Below, in pieces: positions 57,742-64,000 of a stretch of DNA of 64,000 nt (position 1 is the stretch's first letter; each line of letters begins with the position of its first letter). This stretch comes from a virus (Duplodnaviria > Heunggongvirae > Uroviricota > Caudoviricetes): the IMG/VR virus record IMGVR_UViG_2579778606_000002, positions 27,981-91,980 of that record, one strand, 5' to 3'. Position numbers and translations under genes: made by a program. Under the pieces are notes generated by a model. That model saw only the letters and a list, made by a program, of their open reading frames with translations. It did no database searches and was not told the origin of the DNA.

Positions 57742-58385
57742 AATTTTCCAAATTTTCTGAGTTGGTGAATCGTATTTTGTCCAACAACCACAGCCATCGT
57801 CGCGATATGGATGTAACAATCGTTGTTCATTCGCCTGGCAGCATTGGTTCAACACCTTCAGTTGAGGTTCAGTCAATTCACGCTGGTTTTGATTGGGATT
57901 CCGGGAAAGTGCTTATTTTCCCATCACAGCCACTGACCACGCTAACACCAGAACAGATTACTGATATCACTGATAGTGTGCGCAAAGGTCAGTCTTGGCA
58001 CGCATATCAGGAATACAAGAAGCATCAAGAGCAGTTGGAAAAATTGTCGATTGAACTGGATGCCGCAAAACAGCGCATTGCAGAGCTGGAGGGTAATCGC
58101 ACGGCGCTGGCAGTGGAGAATGAGCTGGCTCGTAAGGCAGTTCAGGCATTCTGCGATGTTGTTGGCGACAACACCGAGGTTATCGCTGAGGTGGTTGGGC
58201 GAGATGGCGTTCTGGTTATTTTGGAGGCCATGAAGGCAACAGGAAATATGCCAGCCACCGATGCTTTCCTGGCTGAAGTACGGGCGCAGGGCGTGGAGAT
58301 GTTTGCGGAGTGTGCATACACGCTTGAACATCATGATCACGCAGTAGCCTTCGCCGCTGAGCTTCGCAAAGGAGGCAACCAGTGA
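57737..58385 (+). CDS. Ea22-like family protein (paralog 1)
   Basis: Shares [15 protein letters not shown] and [10 protein letters not shown]-terminal segments with paralogs; ATGA overlap with upstream gene. Confidence 0.55.
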
Positions 58386-58969
58386 GCAAGATTGACTATC
58401 AAGAACTGCGCGAGGCGGCGGAACAGGCAACGCAAGATGAATGGGTAGCATATATTTTGCCGGGTCATAACGGCATTTATCCTGCGCGCACGTCTGAGGG
58501 TAGGCATTGCGGATACTTTATTGACTGGCCTGGCGTCTGTCAGGGGCGGGAGAGCATCAGCATCAGAACCTACGCAGTGAATTGCAATGACGCATGGCTA
58601 AACACCGAAGGTGATGACATCTCCGGCTCATACGTTAAGTACAAAGACCATCAGGAAGTGGTTGCCGCTCTTGAGGCCAAGTGCGCGGCGCTGGCAGTGG
58701 AGAATGCGGCGCTTAAACAGTCGGAGAAGGAATTTAATAACTTCTGTCGTCAGGAGTACTACGGTTGGGAGGACAACTTCACGGAAACCCCAGCTACCGA
58801 CGCTCTCCTGGCTGAAGTACGTGCGCAGGGGGTGGATATGGCTCGTAACGCGATGATTGATTTTGTTGATGGTGAAGTTGGGCCAAACAAGAACGTTCCG
58901 GGGCTGATTAGAGGCGCAGAGATATGCGTAAGTATTGCTGAACAGCTTCGCAAAGGAGGCAGCCAGTGA
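58382..58969 (+). CDS. Ea22-like family protein (paralog 2)
   Basis: N-terminus [14 protein letters not shown] and C-terminus [24 protein letters not shown] shared with paralogs. Confidence 0.55.
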   Translation: MSKIDYQELREAAEQATQDEWVAYILPGHNGIYPARTSEGRHCGYFIDWPGVCQGRESISIRTYAVNCNDAWLNTEGDDISGSYVKYKDHQEVVAALEAKCAALAVENAALKQSEKEFNNFCRQEYYGWEDNFTETPATDALLAEVRAQGVDMARNAMIDFVDGEVGPNKNVPGLIRGAEICVSIAEQLRKGGSQ

Positions 58970-59241
58970 ATATCGACACGACAATAACGATCGATACGCT
59001 CCTAAATACCGGTCTGGCACTTCTCGGTTGGCTTTACATCATGTCCCGTACATGGCGATGGCTGGGTTCCATTTTCCTGAAACAGTGGAAAAAACGGCGC
59101 AAACAGGAACTACGCCAGAAGGCATTAGAAGCGTTCTATGACGCATTTGAGCTTAGCCGCATTGAACCAGGTACAACAGCCAGGATAGCGACAAAAGGCG
59201 ACCTGATGATAGTGATGTTCAGACAGGAGAAAACAAAATGA
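58966..59241 (+). CDS. Small membrane protein
   Basis: 91-aa ORF with one TM helix (LLNTGLALLGWLYIM). Confidence 0.4.
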   Translation: MNIDTTITIDTLLNTGLALLGWLYIMSRTWRWLGSIFLKQWKKRRKQELRQKALEAFYDAFELSRIEPGTTARIATKGDLMIVMFRQEKTK

Positions 59242-59462
59242 CAGAACAGACGATGACAAATCGCGAACTTGTTGATGCCGCGATTGAACTTGCTGGCGAT
59301 TTTTATTCCATGTTGGGTTACGAGCATCGACCTGGTTTTAAGTATTGGGAGTCACCGCATCCGCAAGAACAACAGGTGTTTGAAATGGCCTGCCGTGCTT
59401 TTGAGGTTATTCGCGGTTCTGATGTGATGGAGGCCGTTGCCGACTTGGAGGATGAAGAGTGA
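59238..59462 (+). CDS. Small acidic hypothetical protein
   Basis: 74-aa ORF, overlapping start/stop with neighbours. Confidence 0.4.
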   Translation: MTEQTMTNRELVDAAIELAGDFYSMLGYEHRPGFKYWESPHPQEQQVFEMACRAFEVIRGSDVMEAVADLEDEE

Positions 59463-59770
59463 GCATCATTAAAGAAATGCCGGTAGAACGTGATGAATAT
59501 GGCTGCTGGACACATCCGGAGTATGAAAAGTTTTGCGCAGGTCGTGAATATATATCCACTGAGGAATTTGACGCCTGGATGAAGGAAAATAATCTTCAGT
59601 GGACTATTCGCAGTATGGATGAAGATCATTTTAATCTGGACGCAGATGGTCCCGATATTGCCGCCTGGGAACCAGAGCGACCAGAGGGCGAAGGATGGTT
59701 TGTTGGCTCTATTCATGACACTGAAGATGGCCCGGTTTGTATCTGGCTGCGGGAGAAGGTTGCCGCATGA
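59459..59770 (+). CDS. Hypothetical protein
   Basis: 103-aa ORF in the overlapping early operon. Confidence 0.4.
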   Translation: MSIIKEMPVERDEYGCWTHPEYEKFCAGREYISTEEFDAWMKENNLQWTIRSMDEDHFNLDADGPDIAAWEPERPEGEGWFVGSIHDTEDGPVCIWLREKVAA

Positions 59771-60453
59771 CCCAGGCGCTGCATGAAGTGAATTTATATA
59801 GCCGTATTGATGGTTCAGGCTACAGAAACATATGGGTTGTTGGTGATCTGCATGGTTGCTACACCAGATTGATGTCTGAACTTCATCGTGTGGACTTTGA
59901 CCCGACACAGGATTTACTGATATCGGTTGGCGACCTTATCGATCGCGGCACCGAAAATGTTGAATGCCTGGAGCTATTGCAGATGCCCTGGTTTCGGTCG
60001 GTTATGGGAAACCACGAGCGATTAATGATCGATGCGTTAAGCCCCGCAGGCAACGTGAATAACTGGCTAATGAATGGCGGCCAATGGTTCTTCATGCTGG
60101 ACGCTGATCGGGAAATATTAGCCAGGGCGCTGGTGGAGCTGGTAAGACGTTTACCCTATATCATTGAGTTGAACACCGGGCATGAAACTATCGTTATAGC
60201 CCATGCCGACTATCCTGATAACGAATACCAGTTTGGTAAACCTGTTAGCGATCTCAATGTTACCTGGCGGCGTGAGCGATTTTATGACGCGGTTGATGGT
60301 GTTGGTGGAATGATCACTGGTGCAGATAGCTTTATTTTCGGGCATACGCCAGTAAACAGCCCGAAATCTTTCTGGAACCAGCACTACATAGACACTGGCG
60401 CGGTTTTTTGCGGAAATCTGACGCTAAAGCAGGTGAAGGGAGGCCAGCCGTAA
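59767..60453 (+). CDS. Ser/Thr protein phosphatase (lambda PPase-like metallophosphoesterase)
   Basis: GDLHG, GDLIDRG and GNHE motifs; alignable to lambda phosphatase along its length; ATG at 59767. Confidence 0.8.
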   Translation: MTQALHEVNLYSRIDGSGYRNIWVVGDLHGCYTRLMSELHRVDFDPTQDLLISVGDLIDRGTENVECLELLQMPWFRSVMGNHERLMIDALSPAGNVNNWLMNGGQWFFMLDADREILARALVELVRRLPYIIELNTGHETIVIAHADYPDNEYQFGKPVSDLNVTWRRERFYDAVDGVGGMITGADSFIFGHTPVNSPKSFWNQHYIDTGAVFCGNLTLKQVKGGQP

Positions 60454-60484
60454 TCCTGAACACATCGTTTATGCACTCAAAACC

Positions 60485-60516
60485 GTGTTAGAATATTGAT
60501 TTTAATTTTCTAACAT
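60485..60516. promoter_or_regulatory. 32-bp operator-like palindrome (GTGTTAGAAT..TTTTCTAACAT)
   Basis: Same inverted-repeat family, about 40 nt upstream of gene 60558. Confidence 0.5.
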
Positions 60517-60557
60517 ATTATTTTACCGCTCGGAACAAAACAGAGTCGGTATACATT

Positions 60558-61553
60558 ATGAGTGCAATAATCACACCTCATTTCGTAAACGGAGCTGGTG
60601 TGGCTGTCTTTCCGGTAGACAAGCCCACCAGCAACTACATTGGCGCAGGTCGCCGTTTCATTATCTCTCCACTTCCGCGCGAACAGGCTGAAAACACGCC
60701 AGATGGCGTAGTGGATCTGAACTATTCGCTGGTTGCCAACCAGTCTCTGAAAGCATTTTTTCAAAGCGAGCGCGTATTTAACGCATTAGGCGGTGAAGAT
60801 TCGCTTGTTCATTGGGTAAGTTCCAATATCCACGATTGCCAGGCGCACGATAAGCGCGATTGCAGCCACCAGCTAACCACTCATTTCTATAACGGCTCTG
60901 CCGTTCGCCTGTGCTGGAAACATGATGCGGAATACATGATGAAGGGGTACGGCAAGCTGGATGACCAGTTATCCCTGAATCGTGCCAACTGGGTTATGAA
61001 CTGGGCTGCGAGCGAGTTAAAACTACCGCCAGAACGCGATCTGAGCATGGTTGAACTCACTTTTTGGGCCATTCGCCGGAATCTGAAAGACGAGCTGCCA
61101 GATGAAGCCGGTCGCATTGCATTTTGTCAGCCAAAACAGGAAATCCCTACCGGCACACTGAAAGAATCGGATATCACCTGGGAGCACAGCACCCGTGAGC
61201 TGGTGGACATAACCGCAGAGCAGATCGTCAACCTGTCTGTAGATGAGGATTCCGGCCTGCTGTATATGCGCCGACCAAAAGCGGTTCTCGGTAAAAGCCC
61301 GGCTTATCTCCGGTTTGTGATTTCTCGTCCGTGCATCGGATGCGGAGGCAAAGTTAATCACCCGTTCATGTACCGCGCCCGCTCGTTAAACGAACACGAT
61401 CGCTGGGCCGTTCCTCTTTGCGATGAATGCGCCAGAAGCGCAGAAAACGATGTCCGGGCATGGGAAAAAGCACATGGCATACGCCTTTACGTAGCCGCCA
61501 ACCAGCTTTTCGACTTCGCCATCGAGCGCGGAGTGATCACGTTCAATAACTGA
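60558..61553 (+). CDS. DUF968-like protein with C-terminal Ref-like Zn/HNH-type motif
   Basis: C-terminus RPCIGCGG..HPFMYRARSLNEHDRWAVPLCDEC parallels the Ref core (PCIxC..VPLC). Confidence 0.5.
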   Translation: MSAIITPHFVNGAGVAVFPVDKPTSNYIGAGRRFIISPLPREQAENTPDGVVDLNYSLVANQSLKAFFQSERVFNALGGEDSLVHWVSSNIHDCQAHDKRDCSHQLTTHFYNGSAVRLCWKHDAEYMMKGYGKLDDQLSLNRANWVMNWAASELKLPPERDLSMVELTFWAIRRNLKDELPDEAGRIAFCQPKQEIPTGTLKESDITWEHSTRELVDITAEQIVNLSVDEDSGLLYMRRPKAVLGKSPAYLRFVISRPCIGCGGKVNHPFMYRARSLNEHDRWAVPLCDECARSAENDVRAWEKAHGIRLYVAANQLFDFAIERGVITFNN

Positions 61554-61569
61554 TGGAGTGGATCAAAAA

Positions 61570-62148
61570 ATGAAAGAACGCGGGATGATTTTTAACGATG
61601 AGATGGTCCGGGCAATTCTTGGCGGGAATAAAACACAGACTCGCAGGATTGTTGAAGAAAAATTCTATGGACGAGCAGTTGCCGCAGAGTTGCTTGCCAA
61701 GCATTGTCCATATGGTCAACCGGGCGATCGTATTTGGGTTCGCGAAACCTACCGGGTACATGGCAAAGCGACGGACGTCGCAACGCTGGTTTATCGCGCA
61801 AGCGTGCGTAACTCCTGGACAGAACAAACGCACCGGGTTCCGGTCGATGTTTGTAATAAACCAGTATCAGAAAAGTGGACGCCATCAATTCACATGCCGC
61901 GCTGGGCATCGCGCATTCTTCTGGAAATTACCGACGTGCGTGTGGAACGGCTGCATGACATGAGCGAGGCAGATGCTAAAGCAGAAGGCGCAACTCCGGC
62001 GACGTACAAGATTACGCCACCTGAAGCTGTTTATCGCGTTGGTTTTGGTGATATCTGGCGCAGTATTTACGGGCAGGATAACTGGCTATCTAACCCGTGG
62101 GTATGGGTAATCGAGTTTAAGCGTATTCAGGGGGCAACCAGTGAGTGA
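61570..62148 (+). CDS. ASCH-domain-like protein
   Basis: MIFNDEMVRAILGGNKTQTRR (GxK..R motif); ATG at 61570 with GGAG RBS (track start is upstream GTG 61558). Confidence 0.5.
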   Translation: MKERGMIFNDEMVRAILGGNKTQTRRIVEEKFYGRAVAAELLAKHCPYGQPGDRIWVRETYRVHGKATDVATLVYRASVRNSWTEQTHRVPVDVCNKPVSEKWTPSIHMPRWASRILLEITDVRVERLHDMSEADAKAEGATPATYKITPPEAVYRVGFGDIWRSIYGQDNWLSNPWVWVIEFKRIQGATSE

Positions 62149-62407
62149 GTCAAAATGCCAAATTAATGGCAACAAGATAGAACCGTGCGCGGCGTTGACG
62201 CAATCCCTGGAACATGACGCTGAATACACGACGCGAAAAGGTCTGCTGAAATACAAAATCTATAACCATGCATTAATTCATTCACAAGACCTGATCATGC
62301 TGCGGTCAGGCGAGTTTTCTAAATCGCCTATTCGAGTTTCATTTTGCCCATTCTGTGGTGAAAGTCTGAAAACGTGGGAAGCGGAGGCAGCCAGTGAGCA
62401 AAATTAA
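62141..62407 (+). CDS. Small Cys-rich (zinc-ribbon-like) protein
   Basis: 88-aa ORF with C..C and CPFC pairs. Confidence 0.4.
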   Translation: MSESKCQINGNKIEPCAALTQSLEHDAEYTTRKGLLKYKIYNHALIHSQDLIMLRSGEFSKSPIRVSFCPFCGESLKTWEAEAASEQN

Positions 62408-63134
62408 CTATCAAGAACTGCGTGAGGCAGCAGAACGTGCAATTCCAGAAATGGAGCTGCTGACGCTTCCATTTGATGCTTGGTTAAGCAAACAGGAGCT
62501 TAAAGACTACGGTGTGGATATTGATGTCATCAACACCTTCAGGCTTCTGGCTGGACCGGAAACCATGCTGGAACTGCTGGATGAAATTAAGCGCCAGGAA
62601 GACACAAATATTGATGCCACGTGCCGAATTTCAGAGCTTGAGACTATTCTAGCGACGCTGGTGGCAGAGAACGCCGGGCTGAGACACGTAATGACCACCT
62701 CCATTGAGCATGAGAATGTGGAGATTGAGCAAACGGCAGGTTGCCCACGTTTTAAGCTGAAAGGCAAAGACAGACTGATTGCAGATCTTAGAAAGCAACG
62801 TGCCGAATGGATACGGAAAGCATTGCGTTACTCTGAAGAACGCGCAGCATTGGCTAAACGAATCGAAGAGATGGAGCAGGCCAACACAAGACAGGACGCC
62901 AATATAAACCACCAGCAGGAGGGCGTGACTCAATCAGTCACCCGATACATATATCACTACAACGCAGTGAATGGTTCTGACTCTATGTCTGGAATTGCGC
63001 GGTTAACTTTCATGATCAAATCACAATCTGACCTTGACGCACTTAAAAGCGCACTTAGCAAGGTTGGTGGTTTCCGTGCAAAAGCAATTACATCTCTTTC
63101 ATATCTTGGGTGTGAGGAAGATAGCAAACGATGA
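62394..63134 (+). CDS. Ea22-like family protein (paralog 3)
   Basis: N-terminus MSKINYQELREAAE shared with paralog 2. Confidence 0.5.
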   Translation: MSKINYQELREAAERAIPEMELLTLPFDAWLSKQELKDYGVDIDVINTFRLLAGPETMLELLDEIKRQEDTNIDATCRISELETILATLVAENAGLRHVMTTSIEHENVEIEQTAGCPRFKLKGKDRLIADLRKQRAEWIRKALRYSEERAALAKRIEEMEQANTRQDANINHQQEGVTQSVTRYIYHYNAVNGSDSMSGIARLTFMIKSQSDLDALKSALSKVGGFRAKAITSLSYLGCEEDSKR

Positions 63135-63664
63135 AAGAAGGATTTAAAGATAATTCAGGTGCAGCGCAAAACACTGGAGAAATCATTGAGGCATTTAATG
63201 GGGAGGAAATGCCCACTTTATTCAGAAAAGAATATCCGCGAAAGAGTAGAGCAATAGAATTGCTGTTTATCATTCTGTTTTTCGTGTTGCTGATACCAAT
63301 AGCCTCAATATTAGTGACTGTTCTAATGGGGAGAGTATTTGAACCGTTAGTTGAACTGTATATCGATATAGTGTGGACCCCATTCAGGAAGCTACACAAT
63401 AAAATTAACCCACATAAGGAAACAGATATGGCAACTTTGACAAAAGAAGATCGTTTTACCAAAAAACAAATCGCCGAGGCAAAAATCCTCGATAACAACG
63501 GAACCTACTTCATCAACGGTTCCATTCTTCCTGTTTATATCAATGAAGATGGAGACACTTACCTTATTGAAGAGTACGAAAAAGGCGAGCCGAGCGAACA
63601 CCTCATTAAAGATTTGTTCGCGGATGGCGTTATTGTTGCTGTTAATCCGATTGGCTACAACTAA
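63131..63664 (+). CDS. Hypothetical protein with internal TM segment (possibly two small genes)
   Basis: 177-aa ORF; hydrophobic stretch LLFIILFFVLLIPIASILVTVLMG; internal Met at MATLTKEDR could start a second gene. Confidence 0.4.
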   Translation: MKEGFKDNSGAAQNTGEIIEAFNGEEMPTLFRKEYPRKSRAIELLFIILFFVLLIPIASILVTVLMGRVFEPLVELYIDIVWTPFRKLHNKINPHKETDMATLTKEDRFTKKQIAEAKILDNNGTYFINGSILPVYINEDGDTYLIEEYEKGEPSEHLIKDLFADGVIVAVNPIGYN

Positions 63665-63674
63665 AGCATAAATT

Positions 63675-64000
63675 ATGACCAGTATTACCAGAGAACAGGC
63701 CAAGAAAATTATTGAAGCTGCCGATGAGGTTATTAGTGCGCTTGCCGGAACTAACGAGGATGTTCACCCTGGTAGCGATAACATGCTACGTCTGTGGGAT
63801 GACCTGAATGACCGTTACGCGCCGCCGGAAGTTGTGCGTGAGCTGGCGCGTATCGTGCTGGCATCGCTGGAAGCGGAGCCTGTAGCGTGGCGATATCGCT
63901 ACGTGAAAAAAGGCGTTACGGACTCTCAGGGGGAGCCGTGGGTTGGTGACTGGAAATATGTACCGACAAAAGAGGATTGCAACGACAGGCCGAGCTATGA
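63675..64000 (+). CDS. Hypothetical protein, partial (runs off window end)
   Basis: ATG at 63675, frame open to position 64000 (MTSITREQAKKIIEAADEV...). Confidence 0.45.
   Translation, partial: MTSITREQAKKIIEAADEVISALAGTNEDVHPGSDNMLRLWDDLNDRYAPPEVVRELARIVLASLEAEPVAWRYRYVKKGVTDSQGEPWVGDWKYVPTKEDCNDRPSY

Larger units (their letters stand above)
1..64000. mobile_element. Segment of a P1/D6-like temperate phage-plasmid (structural, lysis, plasmid-maintenance and immunity modules)
   Basis: Co-occurrence of RepA+iteron replicon, two partition cassettes, sheath/baseplate/tail-fibre genes, holin/spanins, icd-rha modules, ref, rdgC-dam; no integrase in window. Confidence 0.7.

Overview
The window reads as a contiguous segment of a temperate P1/D6-like myovirus phage-plasmid; no integrase, transposase, rRNA, tRNA or CRISPR array was found. 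All calls rest on reading the sequence and the ORF track, with no database searches run. Non-ORF coordinates are hand-counted and may be off by 1-2 nt. Minus-strand late/structural blocks: prohead-protease-like and portal-like genes (3559-6256); a P1 darA-operon-like block with holin/antiholin-like genes and large virion-protein candidates (7053-14140); tail fibre with tandem repeats plus assembly chaperone (14601-19275); baseplate genes and a 1287-aa tape-measure/injection protein (19278-27365); tail tube/sheath, Ig-like and capsid genes (29009-36097); spanin pair (37058-37730); more baseplate-like genes (44346-50988). Plasmid-maintenance functions: P1-type RepA replicon with flanking iteron arrays and a DnaA box (27417-28715), a ParM/ParR cassette and a separate ParA/RHH cassette, each with repeat arrays. 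Other modules: C5-MTase-like and Dam-like ORFs overlapping downstream of an RdgC homolog; Ref nuclease; two diverged direct copies of an icd-Rha immunity-type module (copy 1 apparently frameshifted); a tightly packed plus-strand early operon (56309-64000) with DUF4406-like, ClpX-zinc-finger-like, Ea22-like x3, lambda-type phosphatase, Ref-like/DUF968-like and ASCH-like genes. A recurring 32-bp palindrome (arms GTGTTAGAAAA / TTTTCTAACAC) sits upstream of the non-structural operons and is the best candidate operator of the immunity repressor. Best candidates for an undescribed system are opposite-strand or low-GC cargo: a toxin-antitoxin-like pair (6440-7018), a solitary gene at 47711-48250, a low-GC island with two secreted proteins and a membrane protein (51254-53608), and the ClpX zinc-finger mimic (57379-57741).
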